Positions 14,372-27,270 of a stretch of DNA of 64,000 bases are shown here, one piece after another. Source of the stretch: the human T2T-CHM13v2.0 reference genome, Homo sapiens. The position numbers and the translations under genes are program-made. The stretch lies in NCBI RefSeq assembly GCF_009914755.1, contig NC_060927.1. The stretch is one strand, 5' to 3'. Within the stretch, counting starts at the first letter, position 1, and every line of letters begins with the position of its first letter. Under the pieces are notes generated by a model, which saw nothing but the letters and a program-made list of their open reading frames with translations, did no database searches and was not told the DNA's origin.

Positions 14372-14959
14372 CATACACCAAAGCAAAAATACATTTCTCC
14401 TTCTGCCTCTTCATCCTGTGGACTCAGCAGGCTGGCCAAGCATGTCCCCCAGAGGTTGGCCCCACTGTGGTTAGAAGAACATAGATTCTGCCTTAAGGCA
14501 GACATTAGTTACTATCCTGGATCTACCATTATCAATAGTAAGACTGAAAGTTACTTCAGCTCTCTCACTCTCAGTTTCCATCTATAAAAATTGAGATAAG
14601 AAATAAAAATAAGATCCCCCACCCCCCAACCCACTGAACTGACTCCCTCTTGGCCAAGGCAACTCCATACACCAAAGCAAAAACATGTTTCTCCTTCTGC
14701 CTCTTCATCCTGTGGACTCAGCAGGCGGACCATGCATGTTCCTCAGAGGTCAGTCCCACTGTGGTTAGAAAAACATAGATTCTGCCTTAAGGCAGACCTG
14801 AGTTACTATCCTGGATCTACCATTATCAATAGTAAGACTAAAAGTTACTTAAGCTCTCTCACTCCCAGTTTCCATCTATAAAAATTGAGATGAGAAATAA
14901 AAATAAGATCCCCCACCCCCCAACCCACTATACAGACTCCCTCTTGGCCAAGGCAACTC
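14372..14959 (+). repeat. 294-bp tandem duplication (2 copies, ~93% identical)
   Basis: Copies at 14372-14665 and 14666-14959 align without gaps; about 21 mismatches by manual count. Confidence 0.95.
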
Positions 14960-15645
14960 AAGAAACCTTCAAAACTGTGTTCCTGGCTATAACAGGACCA
15001 TAGGTTGGAAACGCCTCAGTGTGCCCCTTCCTTGTTAAACTTTAACCAGAATTCTTTCCTAAGAAGTAAGCAGAAACAAACTCTGGAAAACTAGCAATAA
15101 AGGATTCATTCCTTTATTGCCTTTAGCTAGTCATCTGAGGCTGCAACTGGACTCCCCCTCCCTCTTTGTGGTTTGAACATGACAGCTCACCAGTTTCACA
15201 ATGCATCCCTTCCTAAAAACTGACCACCATCTCCAGACTGGTTTTGGCTGGCTCACAGAGGATGGACAGTGATGGTGTTCGTGTCCTCTGCTTCACCTTT
15301 TGATGTCAGAGGGCCAACCCCACCACACCCTGGCCTGCGGATCATGCTAAGGCTGCCGTTTTTTGAACATGCAACCCATGAAGAGGCACGAAGCTCAGTT
15401 GTGCATGCCCTTGTTTCTGCTTTCATGAAATATTTATGACTCCTCCTGTTATTGACTGTGTAAATTCAGCCACTATGCTCAGCATAAATTCCTGTTCCCT
15501 TTACCCCTCCCTCAAAGTGCTTGCTCTCACCTTTTGCCAGAAGTGAGGCTTCCCTGTAAGATGGCCAGCCTGCAGATTGCAACGCTTTATAATAAATAAT
15601 GCTCTCCTTTCCAAATTTATGAACATCATCATTCTTCAGTTGACA
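14891..15645 (+). mobile_element. Solo ERV1 LTR (MER4-group) inserted in a MIR
   Basis: TGAGAAATAAAAAT...TTCAGTTGACA termini; 4-bp TSD GAGA (14887-14890 and 15646-15649); the left flank reads as MIR core. Confidence 0.85.
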
Positions 15646-15696
15646 GAGATGATGCAGAGTTTTATGGTTTACTAATCAAAACACTTCACTGATAAA

Positions 15697-16230
15697 CTGT
15701 TTTGATTATTTATTATTGCATAACAAACCACTCCAGAACTTGGTGTAACAATGAGTATATTACGCTCATGAATTTTTTTGTGTCAGGAGTTCCGATGACA
15801 TAGCCAACATGGCTTGACTATACTCCACAATGTCTGGAACCGCAGCTTGGAAGACTCAAATGGCTGAGGTTGAGTTGAATGGCTGGAGGCTAGAATTCTC
15901 TGGAGACTTCTTCACTTTCAGGTCTGATACCTGGGCCAGAATGACTCATGGCTAAAGCTGATTGGCATCTCTCTCAATGTAGTCTCAGGGCTTCTCTTTG
16001 TGATTTCTCCTCCAGGCCTCTCCATCATGGAGACATCAGGGTGGTCAGACTTCTTATATAGAGCTCAGAATGCCTACAATGAGTGTTTCAGCAAAGAAGG
16101 TGGAAGCTGAACAGTTTTTAATAACCTAGCCTTGACAAATCACATGGCATCATTTTTACCATGCTCTCTGGGTCAGTGCATGTCTAGCCCTGAGATTCAA
16201 GAAGGCACATAGATACTATATTTGAACGCA
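15697..16230 (-). mobile_element. MLT1 (G/H-like) MaLR LTR
   Basis: TTGCATAACAAACCACTCCAGAACTT...GGTGGAAGCTG...CTAGCCTTG...AGATTCAAG pattern. Confidence 0.7.
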
Positions 16231-16530
16231 TCAGGCCCAATACCTGGAATATTATTGGAGTTCCAGAAATGTTATAGATCATATTGCCATAAATCAATTC
16301 CCCATTGTAATAATACTGTAATAAATAAATCATAAAATATGTGAACATATACTTTGTAAGGCACTTTGACATTCATCAACTCTGTGTCACAATACCCTTC
16401 TCTAAGCAGGATAAATCTTTTCCCTTATTTTGTAAATAAACAAAGTGAAATTCAGAGAGGTTAAATTAGTTTACTAGAATCACAACAGCTAGTAAGCGGT
16501 GCAGCTGAGGACAAAACCCAGGATCTCTGT

Positions 16531-16845
16531 GGCAGGGTGTGGTGACTCTTGCCTGTATGTCCAACACTTTGGGAGCCAAGGCAGGAGGACTGCTTGAGGC
16601 CAAGAGTTTGAGACTGGTCTGGGCAACATAGTGAGAAAACATTTTTAAAAACTTAGCCAGGCCTGGTGGCACACACCTGTAGTCCTAGCTACTTAGGAGG
16701 CTAAGGTGGGAGGATTGCTTGAGCCCAGGAGTTTGAGGTTACAGTGAGCTATGATCCTGCTACTGCAATCCAGCCTAGGCAACAAAATGAGATCCTGTAT
16801 TAAAAATACCACCACCAAAAACAACAACAACAACAACAAAACAAC
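16531..16845 (+). mobile_element. AluJ inserted in a MIR
   Basis: GGAGGATTGCTTGAGCCCAGGAGTTTGAGG AluJ signature; (CAA)n tail; degenerate TSD CAGGAT(C/T)TCT. Confidence 0.9.
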
Positions 16846-17465
16846 AGGATTTCTAATTCATGATGCAATCTGCTTCACTTTATAGAGTGAATGGAAAATA
16901 AAAATACACACAGATATATAAGTATACACTTTCTTATATTAAGAAGATCTGGTAACCACTGACAATTTCAGCTCATCAACTATAAAACTTGCTCATACGT
17001 GTGTGTGTATACTTATATATAATACAACTTCTTTTTGTTTCTACTAAGTTGTTAGAACAATAAAGAGGTAACATCTCACATTTGTTCTATGTGACAATAG
17101 ATTCTGTGAAAATATTCTTTGGCCAAATCCTCTCCTTTTTGCATTATAAGAGATAAAAATTCCTGACAGACAGCCTTCCTAGAAACCATTAAGGATTGTT
17201 TATATCTCAACGCAAATTAGTGTCTCAGACTTTCTCTCGCTGTGAGTTGTGTACCTTGAGGCTGACACCATATTCCACTTCTCCCTTGGTGGGAGCTGAT
17301 CTTATACCAAGGTGTGAAACTGATGGGTCAACATTTAATCCCATCCTCCTTATTAAAGAAAGCTTCAGGAATGATGATATGACCACATTTTGGCCAAGAA
17401 GCAAGAGGAAGTTTGTTGGGGCCTTCTGAGAAGGTTTTCCTAACTCTTTTGAGAGACTCGTAGGA

Positions 17466-17753
17466 ATTTTTGTTTTCTTTTTTCGAGAAGAGTCACCCAG
17501 GCTGGAGTGCAGTGGTGGATCTCAGCTCACTGCAACTTCCGCCTCCCGGGTTCAGGGGATTCTCCTGCCTCAGCCTCCCGAGTAGCTAGGATTACAGGCG
17601 GGTGCCACTACGCTCAGCTAATTTTTGTAATTTTAGTAGAGATGGCGTTTCGCCATGTTGGCCAGGCTGGCCTCTAACTCCTGGCCACATGTGATCTGCC
17701 CGCCTTAGCCTCCCAAAGTGCTGGGATTAGAGGAGTGAGCGACTGCGCCTGGC
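17466..17753 (-). mobile_element. AluS
   Basis: Reverse Alu with TSD ACTC(G/A)TAGGAA; sits inside an older MLT1 LTR. Confidence 0.9.
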
Positions 17754-17895
17754 GAACTCATAGGAAATTTAACACTCGGACTCTCCCAGGATCTGCATAA
17801 GAAAAGCAGGTTTTCCAGGGGAGAGGGGAAATGCTGAAGATAAAATCCATACCCAGAGGAGTACATGTCCAAGAGAACCACAAAAAAACGCAGCT

Positions 17896-18321
17896 GTATG
17901 GGATGCTGCGGGTGCCTTGCCCTGATCTCCTAATCAACTAAAGCATGCCACTGTTAATAGCTGTCCTTTCCTCCTAAGAATTTCTCCCTTCAGATGAGAA
18001 GCCGGACTCCCCTCTGCTGGAAGTTATGCACGTCTTTCATCCCTGAATTAACCCTCAGCGAATGACTGACCACCATAGGGGTACAGAAGACCACCTTCCT
18101 GCTTCAAGGTGGGACTGACTTTGTGGCATAATTCCTGTCCGGATTTCCCTGTGGGATTAGGCAGAAGCCGGCTCCAGCTGAAATCACATCTGTACTTCGT
18201 TCCTCATCTGCCCCATCCTATTTTCCTCACTTCCTTTCTCCTGAGGGTTTTTCCTCCACAAACTGCATAGACCCAAATCCCTGTCCCAGATTCTACTTCT
18301 TGGGAACCCCAACCTAAGACA
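17896..18321 (+). mobile_element. LTR16C-like ERVL LTR nested in an MLT1 LTR
   Basis: TGT start; GCTTCAAGGTGGGAC and CCCTGTGGGATTAGGC motifs; ends AACCTAAGACA. Confidence 0.72.
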
Positions 18322-18918
18322 GTGCCTGAAACCACTATTCAGCCATACATGATACCTGCCCTGTCTGTGTTCTTCCAGTTGTGTGCACTAGTACCATATA
18401 TTGCGTTTGAAGACAGTATGTATAAGGTTTTTCTGTTACTTGTAGCCTGAAGTTTCCTAAGGAATAATATAGAAGCTAATGGTCTTTGACTGGGAAATCT
18501 GAGTTAGAAAAAGTACATGGCATGAGCTAGGTATAAAGGACAGGAGTTGACGTTTAGTATAAGACAGAACAAAGGTATGTTGTACTCAGTGAAGGACAAA
18601 AGGTGTTTCTGGGTTAAATGTTATTGAAGGTATGCAAAGTATGTGTTTTTGTGAGGTAGTATTTGCATGTACACCTTAGGAATTCTAGGAAGTCAAGCCA
18701 GGTCATATCCACTAAGGAAATTGTAAGACCACTGAGAGCAATGGAGGGGGAGGAGTTGAGTCAAATGACCAAATATCATTGCCACTATCACATGTTACAA
18801 TGAAGAAACAACTTAATCCCTAAAGGGGTTATTTGGGATATGGAATTTTAGGAACTGGTCTTGAATCACAAGACCCGTGTCCCCGTCTTCAGGGTATAGA
18901 TAGATGTAAGATCTGGGC

Positions 18919-19220
18919 CTGTGCTGACCAATACCATTGCCATTCATCACAGGTAGCTATTGAGTACTTCAAATGTGACTTGTCTGAATTAACATGTACT
19001 GTAAATGTAAAATATAAAATGAAAATCAAAGACAGTACCAGAAAATTAAAATGTCTCTAAATTTTTTATTGATTTTGTTTTGAAATTTTAATGTTTTGGA
19101 TATGTTAGGTTGTATGTTATTAAAATTAATGTTATGTTTCTTTTTATACTTTTTAATGTGGCTGCTAGAAATTTTTAAATTACAACCATAGTTTACATTA
19201 AATGGCTATTAAACAGAACT
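18919..19220. mobile_element. MER33-like hAT-Charlie element
   Basis: CTGTGCTGACCAATA...GCTATTGAGTACTTCAAATGTG...AATGTGGCTGCTAGAAA...AACAGAACTG. Confidence 0.75.
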
Positions 19221-19299
19221 GATATGAATAGTTTAAGGCACAGGTCTGTGTCATGTCCATAACTTGAAGTTCAGATCTGCAGCAAGATACTAAAATTTC

Positions 19300-19780
19300 C
19301 TAAAGAGAAGCAGCTTGAATTTATAGGTAATATTAGTATGAAGACATCATGATTAACTAGATAACTAAAAGCAAAACATCCAAGAAATCTAGTGAAGGTT
19401 AAATCATAATATGCTCAATTGAATACTTTACAAAATGACATGCAATAATTATAAATGGTTTCTTTCATGGCATATTAAAAATAGCTGAAATAACATCAAG
19501 ATACAATGTAGCAACAAATTAAAAAGCATTTGTCAGTAAACTTACTCAAAAATACATAGAATACATTGCTGGAGATACAAAAGAGACAATTGTTAGAGCA
19601 CATCACACCATGTAGGAAGGTGATTTACCAGCTGAATAAAAATATAGATGTGTTAACTCATCTCAGCTTATGTTATTCGTTAAATTTCCTTCATGATGCA
19701 GCAATGCCTGAAGCAGTACATTTTGGAGATTGTTAAAAGCAAAGATGTGCATAGAGGAAATAATATATTCTTAAGGATAT
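19300..19780 (+). mobile_element. hAT-Charlie transposase remnant
   Basis: Decayed coding similarity (SMK.S.L.R.LK.KHP; IEYIAGD; QL.K..DV...SQLML) to Charlie-type transposases. Confidence 0.5.
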
Positions 19781-22574
19781 TTTAGCAAAGAATTGTGGCT
19801 GCTTTGACGATTAGTAGAAAAAAACAAGATTCTGAAGCAAAAGCAAATGGCAGAAACAGCATTCTCTTCTTCTGTGATATTTGCTGGGTGTGGTAGTGTG
19901 CCCAGCTAAAATATTATATTCCCCAGTCTTCTTTACAACCGTGTTATGGTCAAGTGATTAGATTCTGAACAATTAGAAGTTATTGGATGGAACCTCTGGG
20001 AAGTCTCCTTAAAACGGGAGAACACAGAAATAGGATCCTTCCTTTTTTCCCTTCTTGGGTCCGATTGCCATCTTCTCACTTTGAAGGTGGAAGCCACATG
20101 AGACATATGGGGACAGAAAGATATAAGAAGCTTATGACAGCATGGAGCCACCATATTGTCCATAAAGGTCTCATTTTATATGAGAGAAAAATTTTTGTAT
20201 TTTCACTTTTTTTGAACTGATAAAGGCATACAACCAAAAATCTTTGGAGATCCCTGGCCTGTGAGAAAGCATGGAGCACCCATGCTTGGTGGTAAGGACT
20301 GGATACAGGAAAGAGTGAGTAAACTAGGCCACATGGGAATAAGGAGAAGTTTAGGGAGGAAGAGAAATCTCTTTTAGGACTGCACCAAGCTGCAATAAGG
20401 GAATAATTAAACCTAAAAACCAAGGAGCTCTCCTTTGCTTAGGTTCCTTCAGAGGCACACTAGAACTTTCTTGATAGAATAAACTTCTTTATTATCAGCC
20501 TTAGCTACCACTCTATTCTCATTTCCTACCACTCCCCTTCCTCTCTTTTGCCCCACCATTCCTTTTGAAGACTTGTTCAAACATTAATTCTTTATCAAAA
20601 GGGCAAAGTCCAGCGGAAGAATCACAGATGAAAGTAGATAGGCAGCATTAAACTACAACTTATGAACAAGACCAAGTAGTCATATTATTGCCTGATGGTT
20701 AAGTTTTGATTGTAAAAGGTTGTAAAACTCTCTTAAGAATCAAGGCAAGTTTTTATAAAGACAAATAGAAGAGTCCATTTGTTTCAAAGCATTGTGATGC
20801 TCACTTCAGTAGCAGTCTCATGGCTATTGAACTCACTTTCAACACCATAGTCAAAGAATGAGTTTTTGCACTTTTCTCTCTATTCTTTGCCTGTTAACTT
20901 GATACATGGCATGTGGATTTCAATTTTTGAACCAGAATATTTAAGTTGCATCTCCACTTTTTCATCTCCAATAAATAAATTTTTCCAAAAGCAGATTCTC
21001 CATATAACAGGTTGACTTTGAGTCCTTTTTGAACTCTTTATTAAATCTTACCAAAAATCTTTGCCGTATTTATTCATTCGACAAATGTAATGTCAAGATC
21101 ATAAAAGCTCAGACTTGTGTCTTCATAAAGAAAACGTAAATCTCATAATCATAAATATACATATACACATATATATAATACACACACATAGATCATTTCA
21201 CAAAATACTTCATTAAAAGAAACTGTGCTCCAAGGGCTATATGATTTAAGTTTACACAATGAATAAGAGTGTCATGATTTCAGAGTCCCAACCTTAGACG
21301 TAATGAAACATTGGTCTTGTTTCTTTTTAATATGACAGATTTGTATTTATACTCAATTCATGATTTGACTGACACTTAGAAAAAAATTAATTATACATAG
21401 ACAAAATTTTCTTTTTTTTAAGTTAATATTCACATTTGACCACTTTCTAAAATTCTTAAATGGTTTATACCAAGCAATGTAATATTAGATATATAATTTT
21501 TAATGCTTCAAGGATATAACTAAAAAGGAACGTATATAATAAATGCTATTATTATTGCTAGATAATACAGACTGAAGTCTATATTTACATTATTTGCAGT
21601 ATGATATTTTATCTAAAATAGATTTTAATTTAAAAAGTAATTAAGATTGTATCAGTAAGGACTCTTTATATGCATGTTATAGAAAGCCCTATTCAGATTG
21701 ATTAATATAAGGAAATGTATTGACTCATGAAGCTGAAAATTCAGAATTAGGGCAGGTTTTAAGTTTGATCCAAAGGTCCACAAAGTCATCGGGTCTCATT
21801 TTCCTACAATTCGCTTAGCTTTACTTCCTCTGTGTGTTTTCTGCATACTTAAGCTGGCTTCCCTCATGTAGGAATGGCAAGAAGAAAGCTGCCAGTGATT
21901 TCTAGGGCTCCAGATCTTCTTCACTTCTAGGTGGAAGAGATTACTTTCACCTCAACCATTAATTAAAAATTCACATTGATTGTATCATCCTTCATCATAT
22001 TATGATCTTCAAACTAAAAATGTCAGAAAAAAGGTTGGAATTATCTTGACTGACTTGGGCCAATTGTGATTGCTAGAGCTAGGGGTGTAGTCAATCTCAT
22101 ACAAACCTTATGTCTGTTATTTGGGGTAAAGAGTGAAACAAATCCGTGAGGGACCACCAGAATGTCCCCTGCTAAGGGAGATAAAGCAGTATTTCTAAAG
22201 CATACTGGCATACTGTTTACTTGCGCTGATATTATGTCCAGTCATATGAAAATATATGGTTCTTGTACTGGAAGAAATCACATTAGACTGTATAAAATTT
22301 ACCCATAAGGAAATTACAGTCTAGGAGAGGAGATAGTGAAATGATGAATAAATGCAATATTGTGTGATAAGAATCACATAATCAAAACATAATCTTGGAA
22401 TTACATATGGCTTGAATTCAAGCTCTGCTATACTGTAGTGGTGAGGCCGTAAACACATTTCTTGTGCTATGTTGGTGTTCGCCCTCAGCGTTACCTTCAT
22501 GTTTGCTAGATGGCTACAGGGGATCCAACCATCTCCTCATACAGCCATGTCAATAGACCTCAAAGGGAAAGTTA

Positions 22575-22699
22575 AGATGTTAATTATAGGGGACAGTGGG
22601 TGGGAGGTATATGGGAACTCTTTGTACTGTCTTTCCATTTTTCTGTAAATCTATAACCGTTCTAAGTAATCAAGTGTATTTTTGAACAGAAAAAAAAAT
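22575..22699 (+). mobile_element. Short 5'-truncated old L1 3' end inside an MLT1 LTR
   Basis: GGTATATGGGAACTCT..GTACT..CTT...ATTTTTCTGTAAATCTA, an A tail, and TSD GAAAGTTA (22567-22574/22700-22707). Confidence 0.7.
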
Positions 22700-23524
22700 G
22701 AAAGTTATGCATCTCTTGTTAAAAGCAACAAAATTCTGTCAGAATCCACTCTTCTCCTATTTACCCACTATCAGCACACTTCCTCTTATTTGGCCAGAAT
22801 TGCCATGTCTTAACCTCTAGATGTCAAAGCTAGCAAAACGGCACGATTGGCCCAAACTAATTAATATTTATCCTCTGAAATGTTCAGGGAAGAGGCTCTT
22901 TTTCTAGGATATGTGGATACACAGTGAAAAAACACTTGAACAAAATATGGAAGGAAATCCAGGAAGGAAAATTATGTGAGGTTAAGGGGTGGGAATGGGT
23001 TAGATTCACTTGGGAAGGCAATCAAAATACCTTCTAAACCACCCTCACAGTTAGTGTATGAAAGGAGCTTAGCATAGTGTATAGTAATGTAAGAGCTCAA
23101 TAAACGGTTATTAATGTTATCATAAAAATATTTGATTTGATCTGATCGGGGCAGCTTTCCACAAGATGAGTCACTCTGACCATTGAAGACAGAGGCAATG
23201 TGAAATTTCCCAGTTGAGAAATGACAAAGGAAGGAAGCCAGAGTTAGTGAGGATGGGGAAGGTGGACAATTAAGGAGATGCTAAGTACTCAATTTCCAGT
23301 TTGGGTATGGAAGAGGAGTCTAGAACGACCTCAAGCTTGCTGGCATGATGGAACTAATGTCGGTAGATGCTGGTGTCATTTGTTAAAAAACGAATGCCAG
23401 AGAAGTGTCTGGTTTGATTACAGAGGCAGAGGTGCCAGTTCTGGGAGGAACATGATAAATTTGAGGTGTCTGCAGGACATTCTAGTGCAGATTTAATTGC
23501 AGTGCAGACTGCTACCACTTATTT

Positions 23525-23612
23525 AGTAGTTTGGCATTCATTTGGTCAACGAATATTTGTTGTATACCAGTAGTTTGGCATTCATTTGGTCAACAAACAT
23601 TTGTTGTATACC
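23525..23612. repeat. 44-bp tandem duplication over an L2 3' end
   Basis: AGTAGTTTGGCATTCATTTGGTCAAC(G/A)AA(T/C)ATTTGTTGTATACC x2, with 2 mismatches. Confidence 0.93.
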
Positions 23613-24905
23613 TACTATATAGTTGGGACTAAGTTTAATCATTTATAAGCATTCTCTTATGTAATCTTTGCAATAGTTGGCCAGTGATCTCCAGCCATCA
23701 CTTTTGAGGCCAATTTTGGAATCCATTCACTGCTGCATCACTGATAGTTAATTATCTTGTTGGCAGCAATATTCTCAAGCACAAAGGCCACATTGTGTGT
23801 GTTAACCCAGGAGTGTTTTTATCTGTCTCTCATTATAATTAGAATCAGGCCTGCACCCTCATTAACTATTTCTCTTTCCATGGACATTGGAGAACCTGGC
23901 AAACAAATGCTTGAAAATGCACTGAGTGCAATTGACTAATGAAATACCAGTTTCAAATACCTATAAAGAAAAAGCTTAATGTTATACATACATATATATA
24001 TAAAAACTTTTATGTTATATATATGTGCATATATATGTAACTTAACATGTATCTGTGCTTTACAAGTTATAAAGAGTTTTCATAGATACGGTCACATTTG
24101 ATTTTCAAGAAAACATTGACAGACACAATTTTTAAATTAAACTTTTATTTTGAGATAATTGTAGATTCACATATAGTTATAAGAAATAATGCAGAGAGAG
24201 TACATATACTCCAATTGAGTTTTCCCTCAGTGATAACACTGCAAAAATGCAGTGCCATATCATGCAGTGACAAGATATTGATATCGATACAGTCAAGATA
24301 CAGAACATGTCTGTCACCACCAGCTTCCTCATGTTGCCTCTTCATAGTCACACCTACTCCCTACTGCCTTGCCCCCTCCTTAACCCTTGGCAACCACTAA
24401 TCTGTTCTCCATTTTCATATTTTTGTAATTTCAAGAGTATTATAAATAGAAACATATACCATGTAAGTTTTTGCCATCAACTTTATTTCATTGGGATATT
24501 TATCTCGATATGTATCCAGGCTGCTGCATGTATCAGTGTAGTTCATTTTCTTTTATTGCTAAGTACTATTCCCTTGGCATAGATGTATCACAGTTTGTTT
24601 AATCATTCACTAGTTGAATGACTTCTGTGTTATTTCCAGTTTGAGGCTATTAGAAATTATCTGCTATAAACATTCTCGTTCATTTTTTTGTGGGAACACA
24701 CATCATCATTTTTCTGGAATACATACCCAGGAGTGAAATTGTTGGGTTACATGAAAATTGCATGTTTAATTATTGTTAAAACTGCCAGACTGTTTTCTAA
24801 AATGGCTGTATTGTTTTACGTTCCCACCAATGATGTCTGAGTGAATCCGTTTCTCTTTATCCTCACTAGAATTTGATGTTATCATTACTTTTTTCAGATT
24901 TATTT

Positions 24906-25219
24906 ATTTTTATTATTTATGTATTTTTTTTTTTGAGACGGAGTCTCGCTGTAGCCCAGATTGGAGTGCAGTGGCGTGATCTCGGCTCACTGCAGTCTCC
25001 GCCCCCTGGGGTTCGCGCCATTCTCCTGCCTCAGCCTCCCGAGTAGCTGGGACTACAGGCGCCCACCACCACGCCTGGCTAATTTTTTTGTGTGTGTTTT
25101 TAGTAGAGATGGGGTTTCACCCTGTTAGCCAGGATGGTCTCAATCTCCTGACCTCGTGATCTGCCCGCCTCGGCCTCCCAAAGTTCTGAGATTACAGGCG
25201 TGAGCCACCACGCCTGGCC
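24906..25219 (-). mobile_element. AluY (Yk-like) in the tail of the nested L1MA
   Basis: CCGCCCCCTGGGGTTC variant; TSD TTTTTTCAG(A/G)TTTATT. Confidence 0.88.
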
Positions 25220-25771
25220 CTTTTTTCAGGTTTATTGAGGCATAACTGACAAGTAAAAATTGTATACGTTTAAAGTATACAACGTGATGTTTTGATATAG
25301 GTACCACTACCAAGCTAATGAACATATTCATTACCCTACATAATTCCTTTTGTGTGTGTGTGGGTGTGGTGAGAACATTTAAGATCTAATCTCTTGGCAA
25401 ATTTCAATATACAATACATTATTATTTCTTATAAACACCATGCTATATATTAGATCTCTAGAATTATTTGTCCTGCATAACTGAAACATTGTGCCTTTGA
25501 CCAATATTTCTCCATTTCCCCCACTTTCAGCCCCTGGCAACCACCATTGTACTGTCTGCTTCTATGAGTCCAACTTTTTCAGATTTTACATAGAAGTGAG
25601 ATTTACTGTAAGATCCAACAGTCCCACTTTTGGGTATATATCCAAAGGAAAGATGAAATCAGTATTCCAAAAAGATATTTTCACTCCTATGTTCATTACA
25701 GCATTATTCACAGTAGAAAAAAATATGACATCAACCTAAATGTCCATTGACAGATGAATGGATGAATGGAT

Positions 25772-25772
<1 letters not shown>

Positions 25773-25812
<40 letters not shown>
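25773..25812. repeat. (CA)n microsatellite
   Basis: About 20 AC units. Confidence 0.97.
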
Positions 25813-25813
<1 letters not shown>

Positions 25814-26462
25814 TTCTATGCACAATGAAATATTATTCAGGCTTTAAAAAGAAGAAAATCCTGTTATATGTAACCACATGAATGAAACTGGAAGACACTG
25901 TACTAACTGAAAAAATCTAAGTACAGAAAGACAATGTTGTTAGTTTTATTTTAGCCATACTTGTAGGTATTTAATGATATTTCATCGTGGTTATAATTTG
26001 CAATTCGTTAAAGGCTAATGATGTTGAACATCTTTTTATGTGCTTGTTTGCCATTTGTATGTATTCTTTGGTGAAATGTACCCTCGCTTTTTTGGCTCAT
26101 GTTTTAGTTTCATTGTTTGCTTTGTACTACTGAGTTTTGAGAATTCTTTTTATATTATAGATACTAGTCCTGTATCACATATGTGGTTTGCAAATGTTTT
26201 CTTGCTTTCTGTAGCTTGTCTTTTTTTTCCTTCTCAACAAGGTCTTCACAGAGCAAACTTTTAAATTATGAAATCTAATTTATTAATTTTTTCTATTATG
26301 AATGTGCCTTTCTTCTCGAGACTATAAACTCTTTGCCTAAAGCTAGATTCCAAAGACTGGTCCTCCTATTTTTCTAAAACTCTAATAGCTGTACTTTCTA
26401 CATTAAGTCTGTAATTCATTTTGAGTTAATTTTTGTATAAAATACGAGTTAGTTTGAGGGTT

Positions 26463-26493
<31 letters not shown>

Positions 26494-27229
26494 ATGTGTG
26501 TGTGGGGTTTTTTTGCATATGGAAATCCAAAGTCCAAATGGTCCAGCACCATTTGTAGAAAAGGCTATCTTTCCTCAATTAAATTGCTTTTCTATGTTAG
26601 TAAAAAATTATTTGGGCATATTTATGTGAGTCTATTTCTAGGCTTTATTTCTGGTCTTGATTACTGTAGCTTGAAGACTGATTTCTTTATTTCTATTATT
26701 TTCTTTCAAAATTGTTTTAGCTATTTTCGTTGCCTTTCCATATAAATTTTGGAATACATTTTCTGTTAATATTTTATATCTACAAAAATATTGCTGATAT
26801 TTTGATAGGAAACACACTAAAGATGTCAATTCTTAAATTGACATCTTTAAGAATTGGTATCTTTTAAGAATTGACATCTTTACTATTTTGAGTATTACAA
26901 TCTGTGGACCTGATACATCTCTCCATTCATGATCTTTCTTAATTTCTTTCAACAATGTTGTCTGGTTTTTAGCTTACAAGTTCTATATGTTGTTCAATTT
27001 ACGCCCCAGTATTTCATTTCATTTTTGAGCTATGTAAAGGGTATTGTATTTTTACTTTTAGTGCCTATATGTTCATTGTTAGAAAATACGGAGATACATT
27101 TGATATTTGTTATCTTGTAGCTTGTGACCTTGCTGAACTCACCTATTATTTCTTGAAGTTGTTTTTATTTTGTAGCTTGTCAATAACAAATTAGAACAGT
27201 TTTCACTTTTCCTTTCTGATCTGTATGCC

Positions 27230-27231
27230 AT

Positions 27232-27266
<35 letters not shown>

Positions 27267-27270
27267 TTTT
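27230..27270. repeat. (TTTA)n microsatellite
   Basis: Perfect tetranucleotide run. Confidence 0.95.

Larger units (their letters stand above)
24889..25934 (-). mobile_element. 5'-inverted L1MA (L1MA7-9-like) insertion nested in the L1MC
   Basis: Minus-strand 3' end at 25221-25602 abuts a plus-strand ORF2-end segment at 25603-25934. Confidence 0.78.

Noticed and set aside
14119-14733. Two ORFs sharing LLSPQDEEAEGE, suggesting a repeated protein domain
   Set aside because: Explained by the 294-bp DNA duplication; no splice or coding support.
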